Origin: an uncultured Gammaproteobacteria bacterium
GTDB lineage: Bacteria > Patescibacteriota > Microgenomatia > UBA1406 > HO2-37-13b
Direction: 5' to 3'
DNA: 64,000 nucleotides
Assembly (NCBI GenBank): GCA_964422025.1
Contig: CAYQYZ010000001.1
Location: forward strand, 77,410 to 141,409
The notes under the pieces are model-generated. The model worked only from the letters and a program-made list of their open reading frames with translations, made no database searches and was not told where the DNA came from. Positions 50,602-60,667 of the stretch are shown one piece after another. The translations under genes and the position numbers were made by a program. Each line of letters begins with the position of its first letter. Position 1 is the stretch's first letter.

Positions 50602-51855
50602 ATGGGTCATATAAATGTACGGAAAGAAAATAAAATACAACAGCAAAAATACGCGGCTCGGACAGGTTTTACGGTAGATATTCAGAAAATTGGAAAAAAC
50701 ACAGAACTTATTGCTTCAAAGCAAAAAAAATCTCACAAGCAAATCCGACAAGGCGTGTGGCTATCACGAAAATCTCGCACTTTTCGGGATGGAAATTTTA
50801 CCAATATATACGATCTATTCTGGAATTCAAAAAACACTTCTGTTTTCCCTCAGATTTATTCATCTAACTCAACTTACTCGCTGTTTGATCAGGTTACCAA
50901 CGATCAATCAATTCTTGGAGTAATTAACGGAACTTACTTTTTCCTAGCCGATATTGCCGACAGACGACCGCATGATCCAACACTTAACTTCTGTATTCGT
51001 GATTACAGCCTCATTGGGCTTCCCTCCAGTGACGAACCAATCTTATATAATCGAAAAGGCAAATTGTATGCTCGAAATATACATGCTCGAGGTGTGCTTA
51101 AAATTGGAAATATTCTTACTTCGTGGATCGGCGAGAAAAGCAGGGTACGCAAAAACAGCTCATCAACAGCTGTTTTGTACAATTCAAACTCTGCGACCAT
51201 GCTCCTTGAGCGTCATCCAGTAACGGGTGTAGCAATTGATATTTTAGATAACGTCAATATCACCACTCCTATCAGTGAACATGCAACTGACTTACTTATC
51301 GCACATGATTCGGAAAACAAACTTATTGTTAAAGGTATTATCAAAGGTGGTGGCTCACATTTTTTTGAGGGAGTCTTTACGCTTCAAATCACCGGAAATG
51401 CTGATTGTTATAATGTGGGCGACATTGTTGAACCGGTAACACTTGACGGCTTGAAATTAAGCGGTATAACAGCTGGAATTTCCATAGGTCGACAAATTGT
51501 GCAGCCATCAAAAAAAACACATTCTGAGTCGTTTATCCGACACGCACGATCGGTTATTGCAAAAGACAATAATCACCAAATTCACTTTATTGTATTCGAT
51601 GGATCTAAGTATATTCCTGGGTTTAAAGGAGTATCAATTCGCGATATTTACTCATATTTTTCTTCTAAAAAATTCAAATGGGCATACTTTCTGGATGGTG
51701 GCGGGTCATCAAGAATCATTCTTAAAAAAGATGACAAGTTCAAATTCTATGCGAATGAATTTGCGTTTCGAAAAATGGAGGACGGAAAGCACTTATGGGA
51801 TTGGCGAAATGCACGTATGATTGCTTCTTCGATTGCGCTGAAGATGCATGTGTAA
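50602..51855 (+). CDS. Phosphodiester glycosidase (DUF2233)-like protein
   Basis: INGTYFF and YFLDGGGSSRI motifs, typical of that family. Confidence 0.45.
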   Translation: MGHINVRKENKIQQQKYAARTGFTVDIQKIGKNTELIASKQKKSHKQIRQGVWLSRKSRTFRDGNFTNIYDLFWNSKNTSVFPQIYSSNSTYSLFDQVTNDQSILGVINGTYFFLADIADRRPHDPTLNFCIRDYSLIGLPSSDEPILYNRKGKLYARNIHARGVLKIGNILTSWIGEKSRVRKNSSSTAVLYNSNSATMLLERHPVTGVAIDILDNVNITTPISEHATDLLIAHDSENKLIVKGIIKGGGSHFFEGVFTLQITGNADCYNVGDIVEPVTLDGLKLSGITAGISIGRQIVQPSKKTHSESFIRHARSVIAKDNNHQIHFIVFDGSKYIPGFKGVSIRDIYSYFSSKKFKWAYFLDGGGSSRIILKKDDKFKFYANEFAFRKMEDGKHLWDWRNARMIASSIALKMHV

Positions 51856-51856
51856 A

Positions 51857-52408
51857 TTAAATAACTCCCATTTTCCTAAATGCCTTAAAAAATGCGGCTA
51901 TTGATCCGGTTACCCAAAGTTCTCCACTTTCAATCATTTCCAATACCTCTTGGGGAGTTTTTAGGAGGACTTCAATGCTTTCATTTTCATCCAAGTGCTG
52001 ATTTGTCGTTTTTTGCACATTTGTAGCTAAATATGCATGGATTGTTTCGATAACCTTAGTAGGGTTGTGGGTAAGTTTACCTAAATACTCAAAAGATTCG
52101 CTTGTATAACCGGTTTCTTCTTCAAGCTCTCGCTTGGCAGCGTCTAAATGAGCTTCCCCATCATTCACAAACCCCGCCGGAGCTTCGGTGAATATGTCGT
52201 CTCCTGCGTGTTTGTATTGTTTAACTAACACGACTTTGTTGTCGGGCGTGAGAGCGATAACTACGATTACATCACTGGACTTGTACATGTAATAATCATC
52301 CAAAATAATTCCATTGGGTAGCTGCACGGTATCACGTTGCACTTTCATCCATTTATTATCGAATGCGAGTTCCGAAGAGAGTGTTTTCCAGAATTTAGAT
52401 GAAGACAT
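51857..52408 (-). CDS. Nudix hydrolase (ADP-ribose pyrophosphatase-like)
   Basis: Nudix box PAGFVNDGEAHLDAAKRELEEETGY. Confidence 0.8.
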   Translation of the reverse strand: MSSSKFWKTLSSELAFDNKWMKVQRDTVQLPNGIILDDYYMYKSSDVIVVIALTPDNKVVLVKQYKHAGDDIFTEAPAGFVNDGEAHLDAAKRELEEETGYTSESFEYLGKLTHNPTKVIETIHAYLATNVQKTTNQHLDENESIEVLLKTPQEVLEMIESGELWVTGSIAAFFKAFRKMGVI

Positions 52409-52460
52409 GTGAAAAGTATACCATGGACATTTTCGTTTAAATCTTCGATATAATTACTTC

Positions 52461-53000
52461 ATGCGCGAAATAGAGATTAAGTTCTTAAATATTGATGTTC
52501 AAGAAACGAAGAAAAGATTAAAAGAAATTGGAGCAAATTTGGAATATGACGAGCTCTTTGAAGAATGGTTGTTTGCTAGACCTGAATGGAAAGCAAAACG
52601 CGGAAGAGTCCGATTGCGAAAGCAGTCAAACAAATTACTACTAGCATATAAAGAAACGCTACAAGAAACATCACAAGGAAACCTTGAAATAGAATTTGAA
52701 GTAAGCAATAAAGAGGCAGCACTTGCATTTTTACATAAGCTTGATTTTAGCGAACCTCGTTATCAGCAAAAACGAAGAATTCATTACGCCCTCAATGACG
52801 TATCGATAGATATCGACTTCTGGCCACTCTTGCCTCCGATGATTGAAATAGAGGCGCCGTCACTGGCAAAAGCAGAGCATGTGGCATCGAAACTGGGGTT
52901 TACAATTGCAGACGCTTGCAACTTAGATGCGTTTCAAATTTATACGACGGTGTATAATATAGATCTCAATAGTATTACCAATCTTGTTTTTGAAACTTAA
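52461..53000 (+). CDS. CYTH domain protein (triphosphate tunnel metalloenzyme)
   Basis: N-terminal EIEIKF (ExExK) motif. 179 aa. Confidence 0.7.
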   Translation: MREIEIKFLNIDVQETKKRLKEIGANLEYDELFEEWLFARPEWKAKRGRVRLRKQSNKLLLAYKETLQETSQGNLEIEFEVSNKEAALAFLHKLDFSEPRYQQKRRIHYALNDVSIDIDFWPLLPPMIEIEAPSLAKAEHVASKLGFTIADACNLDAFQIYTTVYNIDLNSITNLVFET

Positions 53001-53001
53001 T

Positions 53002-53499
53002 ATGACCACTTGGGCCCATGGATTACTTGCATACTCACTCTACCGACCGTTTAAAAAACTGAACTGGAAAAAGGCGGTATGGTGGGCTATGTTTCCTGAT
53101 TTAGTGTGGTTGATTCCCTTAGGAGTATATCTACTCATAAATAAAGGGGTATCTATTACCGACCTTTCACATGCTCCCGGTTTTTTTTACCATTTATATG
53201 GTGTAAGTCATAGTTTCATTATCAGCTTTGCGATTATTGGAGTCGTTAGAGCGTGGACTAAAAAATTCCCTGTTGAAATGCTTGCGTGGCCATTTTTGCA
53301 CATTTTAATGGATATTCCTGGGCATATTCGATTTTTAACACCGTTTTTATATCCCGTCTCACCATTTGCTTTTCATGGACTATTTGATTGGCGACAGCAC
53401 CCATGGGATCGACTTTCATGGATAATTCCTGTGGTAATTATCACACTTACCTGGATATACGAAAAAATGACAGCTACTAAACCTTCAAAATCAGTATAA
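53002..53499 (+). CDS. Membrane protein, DUF457/YdjM-like metal-dependent hydrolase
   Basis: Four to five TM helices plus HSF and HILMDIPGH motifs. Start at ATG 53002. Confidence 0.4.
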   Translation: MTTWAHGLLAYSLYRPFKKLNWKKAVWWAMFPDLVWLIPLGVYLLINKGVSITDLSHAPGFFYHLYGVSHSFIISFAIIGVVRAWTKKFPVEMLAWPFLHILMDIPGHIRFLTPFLYPVSPFAFHGLFDWRQHPWDRLSWIIPVVIITLTWIYEKMTATKPSKSV

Positions 53500-53506
53500 T
53501 GTGCAC

Positions 53507-54184
53507 ATGATTACTGTATTGTATGGAGAGAATTCTGCTGATTCTCGCAATAAATTTGTATCTATAAGACAAGAATACGTAACGAAAGATTATGAGATTA
53601 TTGAGCTTACCCCCGATGTGCTACCCGAACTTGATAAATGGCTATTTGATACTCAACTGCTATTTGCCCCTAAACGAGCGTTTTTTGGACAGAATTTACT
53701 GAGTAAAAAAGAACATAGAGAAATTTTAAAAAAATATGATAATTCCAATGTAGAAGTACACTTCGTCCTTTGGGAAGAGAGCATTGACGATAAAACTGCA
53801 AAATATGCCTTTGCAACTGCACAACTTATTCCTTTTAAATATCCGCAAAATATTTTTCAGTTACTCGACGGTTTGTATCCGGGGAATAAGGAGACCTCAC
53901 TCTCGCTCCTGTCAAGTGTGGCAAGCTCAGTCGATGAAAATATAATCTACTTTATGCTTGTTAAGCGCGTTCGTTTGCTGTTACTGCTCAAAGAGAATCA
54001 AGAAATTCCTAAACTAGCAGGCTGGCAAAAATCACGACTTTTAAGTCAAGCTAATAGGTGGTCACTTGAAAAGCTATGTAACTTTTACGATGCGCTGTAC
54101 AGGCTAGATGTTCTGAATAAAACGAGTGGCACGCCGTATTCCTTAAAAAAAGCCCTTGATATTTTGTTTATATATTCGCTATGA
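53507..54184 (+). CDS. holA: DNA polymerase III delta subunit-like protein (short)
   Basis: MITVLYGENS start typical of HolA. TATAAT at 53495-53500, 6 nt before ATG 53507. Only about 225 aa. Confidence 0.4.
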   Translation: MITVLYGENSADSRNKFVSIRQEYVTKDYEIIELTPDVLPELDKWLFDTQLLFAPKRAFFGQNLLSKKEHREILKKYDNSNVEVHFVLWEESIDDKTAKYAFATAQLIPFKYPQNIFQLLDGLYPGNKETSLSLLSSVASSVDENIIYFMLVKRVRLLLLLKENQEIPKLAGWQKSRLLSQANRWSLEKLCNFYDALYRLDVLNKTSGTPYSLKKALDILFIYSL

Positions 54185-54199
54185 TAGTGCTTATCGCCT

Positions 54200-56311
54200 A
54201 TGGATACGCTGGAAAAAATTAAAGCTGGATTTGCTTCACTAAAAGTCGACGATTCGTATAAACAAAAAGCGCTTACTTTTATTTCTGATTGGCTTTCAAA
54301 ACCCGAGTTTGCCGAGTATGTACCTCAGATTGAGTATTTAGCTGAATCACAAAAATTCGATGAACTGCTTGATTCCTTTTATCAAATAATTCCTTTTGGT
54401 ACTGGCGGACGCAGAGGATTGGTTGGCATTGGACCAAATAGAATTAATACATGGACAATTCAAGCGTCTGCGCAAGGTCATAGTCAATATTTGATCAAAA
54501 AGTTCGGTGACGACGCAAAAAGTCGGGGAATCGTAATTACATATGATGTGCGTAAATATTTAAAAGAGGGAATTTATGATAATTCGCGCCCAAATCCAGT
54601 ATGGCAATTAAGTTGTAAAGATCTAGCTGAGTCTGCAGCAAAAGTGTATGCTGCGAATGGAGTCAAAGTGTATTTGTTTACTACATTTTCTTCTACACCA
54701 GAATTATCATTTGCAGTCCGAAACGTACATGCTGTTGGAGGAGACATGATTAGCGCAAGTCATAACCCACCAGAATTTAATGGAAAGAAAGTGGTTGACG
54801 AGACAGGTGGTCAATTATTACCACCAGGCGATCAAGAGTTGGTCGATGTTGTGGTAAATGAGGTTTCTGAAATTAAAGTTGCTGATTTTGATGAGTCCGT
54901 TAAGAATGGCCTTATTCATTATTTTTCAGGATCTGATCATGAGGCGTATTTACAAGCTGCTTCATCAGTATCGCTCAATAAAAGTTATCGATCTGCAAAA
55001 ATACTATTTAGTCCGTTTCATGGTACGTCATCAGAATCTGTTTTTCCGGTATTAAAACAACTGGGATTTGACATAACAATGGATGATGAGTCGGGTAAAG
55101 AAGATGCGGCTTTTTCGTCGATCACCTTTAATATTCCAAATCCGGAAGTTGAAGAGGCATACCAGAATTTAATCAACCCCGCAGATTCAATTGGAGCGGA
55201 TATTATTCTTACCACTGATCCCGATGGCGATCGTATTGGGCTCATGACTAAAGAAAGTGATGGCTGGCACTTTTTTAACGGTAATGAAATAATGGCAATT
55301 GTAGTCGGGTACATGCTTTCAGAGCTAAAAAATGAAAATAAATTACAATCGTCAAATGTCATTATTAAAACATTGGTTACTTCAAATTTAATTACTGCGA
55401 TAGCTAATAAATACGATGTGCAAGTCATTGGAGATCTTCTTGTTGGCATCAAATACATAGCATATGAAATGAACAAGCTTGAGAAAGATGGTCGTATTCA
55501 GGACTTCTTAATCGGAGGAGAAGAAAGTCATGGCATGGTAAGTGGAAACTATATTCGCGATAAAGATTCCTGCGTAGCTGCAATATTGCTTTCTGAAGCC
55601 GCATCGATGTGTAAAGATCGTGGAGTTACATTGTCAGACTATCTAAAAGAAATTTACAGCAACTTTGGATATTACAGAAACTACTTAACAGAAATCAGAC
55701 TACCTGGAGCTGAAGGAATGACGAATATGGCAAAAATCCAATCAACACTCCGCTCAACTAAGCCTACTTCATTTGGCACTTTTGAAATAGCCAGTATGCG
55801 CGATATGTGGGATGGAGAACCGTTCTTATCAGAGACTGACAAGGTTTCGCGAAATATGCTGGTATTTAAGCTCAAACCCAAAGATGATGCAACGGTTCAT
55901 ATTCAAGTAACTATTCGCCCTTCAGGAACAGAACCAAAAACAAAGATGTATGTAGAGATTGGTAGAAAACCAGTATCAAAGGATTCAATTAATGACGATA
56001 TGACACAGGCAGACAAAGTGCGAGAAGAAGTAGAGAAGGCGGTTATTATCGATTTATATAAAATACTCGGAATTGATTTTCCAGAGCGAGGCTTTTTGCT
56101 TTTTTGGCAACTATCAGCAACCGATAAACTTAAATATTTTGAAATCGAACCTAGTATCGAAGCTCTAGTGGATGTTGCCGATGCTGGCGAGCGTAAAAAT
56201 AAACTCGATGTCATTCTAAAATTTCTTGGATCCGATCCAGTTCAAAAAGTCGATAAGGCATTTACAGAAAAAAACAAAAAGGGAATTATGGCTTACTTGA
56301 ATTTAGAATAA
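54200..56311 (+). CDS. Alpha-D-phosphohexomutase family protein (PGM/PMM), long form
   Basis: FGTGGRRG, the active-site SASHNPPEFNG, TDPDGDRIG and GEESHG. Confidence 0.85.
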   Translation: MDTLEKIKAGFASLKVDDSYKQKALTFISDWLSKPEFAEYVPQIEYLAESQKFDELLDSFYQIIPFGTGGRRGLVGIGPNRINTWTIQASAQGHSQYLIKKFGDDAKSRGIVITYDVRKYLKEGIYDNSRPNPVWQLSCKDLAESAAKVYAANGVKVYLFTTFSSTPELSFAVRNVHAVGGDMISASHNPPEFNGKKVVDETGGQLLPPGDQELVDVVVNEVSEIKVADFDESVKNGLIHYFSGSDHEAYLQAASSVSLNKSYRSAKILFSPFHGTSSESVFPVLKQLGFDITMDDESGKEDAAFSSITFNIPNPEVEEAYQNLINPADSIGADIILTTDPDGDRIGLMTKESDGWHFFNGNEIMAIVVGYMLSELKNENKLQSSNVIIKTLVTSNLITAIANKYDVQVIGDLLVGIKYIAYEMNKLEKDGRIQDFLIGGEESHGMVSGNYIRDKDSCVAAILLSEAASMCKDRGVTLSDYLKEIYSNFGYYRNYLTEIRLPGAEGMTNMAKIQSTLRSTKPTSFGTFEIASMRDMWDGEPFLSETDKVSRNMLVFKLKPKDDATVHIQVTIRPSGTEPKTKMYVEIGRKPVSKDSINDDMTQADKVREEVEKAVIIDLYKILGIDFPERGFLLFWQLSATDKLKYFEIEPSIEALVDVADAGERKNKLDVILKFLGSDPVQKVDKAFTEKNKKGIMAYLNLE

Positions 56312-56313
56312 GT

Positions 56314-57090
56314 ATGGATATTTCCGTTTCACAGCTTAAGACTATTGAAGCTCAATGCGAGCCAATTATCCGAGAAGCAGGCAAAAAAATACGCGATAGC
56401 TGGTATTCTATTCAAGACATCCAATATAAAACTGTTCGTGATCCTGTTACAGAAGTCGACCGGGCTGTCGAAGATTTTATTCGTGGAAAAATTGACAGTA
56501 TTCTCCCTGAAGCCGGGTTTATTGTTGAAGAAGGGACTTCTGATAAACATGAAGAGTATAACTGGTCTATTGATCCCATTGATGGGACTAAATATTTCGT
56601 ACATCAGGCACCTCTTTTCGTAACGCAGCTCGCACTACTTAAGGAAGATGTACCTGTTCTGGGAATTGTATACAATCCTATTTCAGATCAATTATTTAGC
56701 GCAAGTGAAGGAAATGGAGCGACTATGAATGGCGATTATCTAAAAGCGACTGAACGAACTTCTTTGTCAGACGCAATAGCTGATATGGATTTTGGAGGAA
56801 AGACCGATGAGATTGATGTAAAGAATCGTATTTTTGCACAATTTTCTAAAAATTGCGCCCGCGTGCGAGTAATTGGAGGAGCATTTAGTATTTATGCCGC
56901 TTCAGGAGCCTTTGATATTTGTGTCGGATTTAATCATATGAAATTATTTGATCGAGCACCTCGTGATATAATTTTACGAGAAGCGGGTATGACTGTTGAC
57001 TATTTGCAAAAGGATGGATATACTGGAATTCGGCTCGCTGCTACGCCGAAGTTATTTGAACTGGCAGCAAATCTTATTAAAACCGCATGA
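56314..57090 (+). CDS. Inositol monophosphatase family protein
   Basis: WSIDPIDGT motif and the overall IMPase pattern. Confidence 0.8.
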   Translation: MDISVSQLKTIEAQCEPIIREAGKKIRDSWYSIQDIQYKTVRDPVTEVDRAVEDFIRGKIDSILPEAGFIVEEGTSDKHEEYNWSIDPIDGTKYFVHQAPLFVTQLALLKEDVPVLGIVYNPISDQLFSASEGNGATMNGDYLKATERTSLSDAIADMDFGGKTDEIDVKNRIFAQFSKNCARVRVIGGAFSIYAASGAFDICVGFNHMKLFDRAPRDIILREAGMTVDYLQKDGYTGIRLAATPKLFELAANLIKTA

Positions 57091-58148
57091 CACTCGACGA
57101 CAAAGCATATATTCAAAAAATTGATTCTTCCAACATGATTGGCTCTATTGAAATGTTGGGAAAGCAAATTCAACAAACATGGAATGAAGTAAGCACACTA
57201 CCATTGCATGATTCGTTTAAAGAAATAAAAAACATTGTTTTTGTGGGAATGGGAGGCTCGGCGCTTGGAGCACATATATTCAAGAATTTATATGCATCGA
57301 GCATTTCCGTTCCATTTGAAATTGTTAGCGACTACAATCTGCCCTCATATGTAAATGCGAGTACACTGGTTGTAGCTGGAAGTTACTCGGGAACTACTGA
57401 AGAAGTCTTGAGCTGTTTTGATCAGGCTATTACAAAAACTAAGAAAATCATTGTAATATCTTCCGGAGGAGGCTTGGAAGAGCGAGCTCATGAAAATAGC
57501 ATTCCGTTTTATAAAATCGATCCAAAGTTTAATCCTTGCAATCAACCTCGAATGGGGATTGGATATTCTATATTTGCACTACTTACTTTTTTGCATACCT
57601 TGGGAGTTATTACTATTACTGAAAGCGAACTCTTGGAGATTGATTTGTGCATTCAAAAGAATAATGAACAATTTGGCCTGTCCGCTCATTCCGAAACAAA
57701 TATTGCCAAACAAATTGCGTTTGTATCTCACGAACAAGTGCCCATTCTCATCGCAGGTGAACATTTAGTTGGAGCAATTCATGCTTCAAGAAACCAAATT
57801 AATGAAAATGCAAAGTCGCTCGCATTCTATTTTGCAATTCCTGAACTAAACCATCATTTGCTCGAAGGACTAAAATTCCCAACGAGCAATAATGACCACT
57901 ACGTTCTTATTCATTCAAATGAGTACTCTCCCAAGATCGTGAAGCGAATTGAAATTACTAAAGATGTATTGATAAAAAGTGGACATGAAATCACGGAAGT
58001 TACCGCACAGGGAACTTCTAAACTTGCCCAAGTTATTCAAACGGTTCACTTTGGCTCATATATTGGCTTCTACTTAAGCATGCTCTACGGCATCGATCCT
58101 TCGCCTATTCCAAATGTGGAAAACTTCAAAAAAGACCTCGTAAACTAA
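57087..58148 (+). CDS. Bifunctional phosphoglucose/phosphomannose isomerase (SIS domains)
   Basis: VGMGGSALGA and SYSGTTEE motifs. About 350 aa. Confidence 0.75.
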   Translation: MTLDDKAYIQKIDSSNMIGSIEMLGKQIQQTWNEVSTLPLHDSFKEIKNIVFVGMGGSALGAHIFKNLYASSISVPFEIVSDYNLPSYVNASTLVVAGSYSGTTEEVLSCFDQAITKTKKIIVISSGGGLEERAHENSIPFYKIDPKFNPCNQPRMGIGYSIFALLTFLHTLGVITITESELLEIDLCIQKNNEQFGLSAHSETNIAKQIAFVSHEQVPILIAGEHLVGAIHASRNQINENAKSLAFYFAIPELNHHLLEGLKFPTSNNDHYVLIHSNEYSPKIVKRIEITKDVLIKSGHEITEVTAQGTSKLAQVIQTVHFGSYIGFYLSMLYGIDPSPIPNVENFKKDLVN

Positions 58149-58195
58149 TATCGCTCCTTGATTTTACTTCGACATTTTCCCTATACTGAATATAA

Positions 58196-58228
58196 GTCAT
58201 CCTGAACGAAGTGAAGGATCTCAGTTAT
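58196..58228 (+). repeat. Dispersed GTCATYCTGA...GAAGRATCTCAGT element immediately before the ppsA start codon
   Basis: GTCATCCTGAACGAAGTGAAGGATCTCAGTTATT, followed by ATG at 58230. Confidence 0.8.
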
Positions 58229-58229
58229 T

Positions 58230-60548
58230 ATGCCTAATCAATACATTAAATGGTTTTCACAAATCGACAAGCACGATGTTGCTATTGTAGGTGGTAAGGG
58301 AGCGAACCTGGGAGAGATGTTTCAGGCTGGTTTCCCGGTGCCGTATGGGTTTGTGGTGACTGCCCAAAGCTTCTTTTACTTTATCGAAGAGAATAATCTG
58401 GAAGCGAAAATTCTTCATATGCTTTCAACACTGAATTATGAAAATCCTAAGGAACTTTCTAATGTTGCGGGCGATATTCGAAGGCTTATTCTAAAAAGTC
58501 CAATTCCAAATAAACTGGTTAGTGAAATTTTGGACCATTATGAAAAGCTTGAGATTGAGGAATCTAAACAATATAAAAACAAAAGCGGAATATCGCACGT
58601 TTTAACACGACTCAAGCATGTGTACGACGCTCCGTTAGTAGCGGTTCGATCAAGCGCTACCGCAGAAGATCTTCCCGATGCGTCCTTCGCGGGCCAACAA
58701 GAGACATACTTAAACGTAAAAGGAGAAAATCATTTAATTCAAAAAATTCGAGAAGCATGGGCCTCACTGTATACAGAGAGAGCGTGTTACTACCGTCATG
58801 CTCAAAAATATGATCATATCCGAGTAGGACTTGCTGCTGTGGTACAACGTATGGTGCAATCTGAAAAATCGGGAATTGCATTCTCAATTGATCCAGTCAC
58901 GAATAATAAGTCAGTTATAACCATTGAGGCTATTTATGGGTTGGGAGAATACATTGTGCAGGGTCAGGTTACGCCTGATCATTATGAAGTTGATAAAAAA
59001 ACATTTTCTATTATTAAGAATCAAATAAAGACGCAAAAAGTGCAATTTGTTAAAAAAGGAGTGGAAAATGTCGAACTAGCAATACCAAAAAGTGAAGGAG
59101 AAAAGCAGAAGATTACGGATGACCAAATTATTGCCTTGGCAAAAGTCGTAGCAAAAATTGAGAATCATTATTTTTTTCCGCAAGACATCGAATGGGCGAT
59201 TGAAGGCAACTCAATTTACATTGTTCAATCACGCCCGATTACAACAATGAATGAGCATATTGCTCAAAATACTTCTACATCTTCTAAACAGCGATTGCTC
59301 GTAAAAGGCGATCCAGCCTCGCCTGGAATTCGGTCAGGCAGACCGGTGGTGATTAACTCTCCTAAGGAGATCGACAAGATCAAAAAAGGCGATGTATTAG
59401 TAGCAATGCATACAAATCCCGATTATGTGCCGGCTATGAAAAAAGCAGCAGGAATTATTACTGAAACAGGAGGCCGAACGAGTCATGCCGCCATAGTCTC
59501 ACGCGAGCTTGGAGTGCCTGCTGTAGTGGGTGCAGAGAATGCTACGTCTCTTTTACGCCACGAAAAATTTGTTACGGTTAATGGGGGAACCGGAGAAGTT
59601 TTTCGAGGAAATGCACTCATTTTTGATGAGCACGATGATAGTGAGAACGCGCCAAAAGTAAAACACCACACGCTCACACATGTTTATGTAAACATGGCAG
59701 AAGCTGATCAAGCGCATAAAGTGGCTCAAATGCATGTCGATGGCATTGGCTTACTACGCGCGGAATTTATGATTGCTGATATGGGCACACATCCACGAGT
59801 ATATATACATGAAGGCAGAGAGCAAGAGTTTATTAACAAACTGGCTGCTAAACTAACGATTTTTGCAAAAGAATTTTCACCTCGACCTGTTGTGTACAGA
59901 GCAACCGATTTTAAGACTAATGAATATAAAAATCTAAAAGGTGGAGCCCAATACGAACAACATGAAGAAAATCCCATGATTGGCTTTCGGGGCGCCAGCC
60001 GATATTTGGCTGATAAAAAAGTATTTGCTATGGAGCTTGATGCTATTAAAAAAGTACGTGATGCAGGTTATAAAAATATTAATCTTATGATTCCGTTTGT
60101 ACGTAATCCCCAGGAGATTAGGGAGATTAAACAATTTTTGAGTGACCAGGGTTTTGATAATTTGCCATCTTTTAAATTATGGGCTATGATCGAAGTTCCA
60201 AGTGCTGTTATTATGCTTGATGAGATTTTGGATGCAGGAATTGACGGAATTTCAGTAGGTACCAATGACTTAACAATGTTACTAATGGGAGTTGATCGCG
60301 ACAATCAGGAAATCGCGTATTTATACGATGAACGCAGCCCAGCAGTGTTATGGGCACTCGAAAAAATTGTCAAAACAGCCCGTAAACACGGAGTCACCGT
60401 TTCTGTGTGCGGCCAGGCTCCTTCTGATTATCCTGAACTCGTCGAGAAATTAGTCGGATGGGGAGTAACTAGTTTATCGTTGAACCCTGATGCGGTTGAT
60501 AGAACAAGAGAATTGATTTTTAATATAGAAAAAAAGATGAGAAAATAA
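58230..60548 (+). CDS. ppsA: Phosphoenolpyruvate synthase / PEP-utilising enzyme
   Basis: GGKGANLGEM, the phosphohistidine site GGRTSHAAIVSRELGVPAVVG, and the C-terminal TIM-barrel motif SVGTNDLTM. Confidence 0.9.
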   Translation: MPNQYIKWFSQIDKHDVAIVGGKGANLGEMFQAGFPVPYGFVVTAQSFFYFIEENNLEAKILHMLSTLNYENPKELSNVAGDIRRLILKSPIPNKLVSEILDHYEKLEIEESKQYKNKSGISHVLTRLKHVYDAPLVAVRSSATAEDLPDASFAGQQETYLNVKGENHLIQKIREAWASLYTERACYYRHAQKYDHIRVGLAAVVQRMVQSEKSGIAFSIDPVTNNKSVITIEAIYGLGEYIVQGQVTPDHYEVDKKTFSIIKNQIKTQKVQFVKKGVENVELAIPKSEGEKQKITDDQIIALAKVVAKIENHYFFPQDIEWAIEGNSIYIVQSRPITTMNEHIAQNTSTSSKQRLLVKGDPASPGIRSGRPVVINSPKEIDKIKKGDVLVAMHTNPDYVPAMKKAAGIITETGGRTSHAAIVSRELGVPAVVGAENATSLLRHEKFVTVNGGTGEVFRGNALIFDEHDDSENAPKVKHHTLTHVYVNMAEADQAHKVAQMHVDGIGLLRAEFMIADMGTHPRVYIHEGREQEFINKLAAKLTIFAKEFSPRPVVYRATDFKTNEYKNLKGGAQYEQHEENPMIGFRGASRYLADKKVFAMELDAIKKVRDAGYKNINLMIPFVRNPQEIREIKQFLSDQGFDNLPSFKLWAMIEVPSAVIMLDEILDAGIDGISVGTNDLTMLLMGVDRDNQEIAYLYDERSPAVLWALEKIVKTARKHGVTVSVCGQAPSDYPELVEKLVGWGVTSLSLNPDAVDRTRELIFNIEKKMRK

Positions 60549-60552
60549 TTGG

Positions 60553-60650
60553 GAGCGAGATATCTGATTCGAGACCATTTGAGACTGCTACTTTGGTTGT
60601 TCTAAAATTGAGGCAGGCTCACCATGGTTGAGAAGCAGGATATCGAGCGC
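60553..60650 (-). repeat. About 99-nt MITE-like hairpin repeat, copy 2 (inverted relative to copy 1)
   Basis: The reverse complement aligns to 7922..8020 with about 9 differences. The 3' 44 nt (CAAAGTAGCAGTCTCAAATGGTCTCGAATCAGATATCTCGC) are identical. Confidence 0.8.
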
Positions 60651-60667
60651 ACAAATATTTAAAATAT

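Noticed and set aside
58203-58216. 5S rRNA-like string GAACGAAGTGAAGG
   Set aside because: It resembles the 5S GAACTCAGAAGTGAAAC block but is only about 14 nt. It is part of the dispersed GTCATCCTGA repeat, and no 5S-length structure surrounds it.
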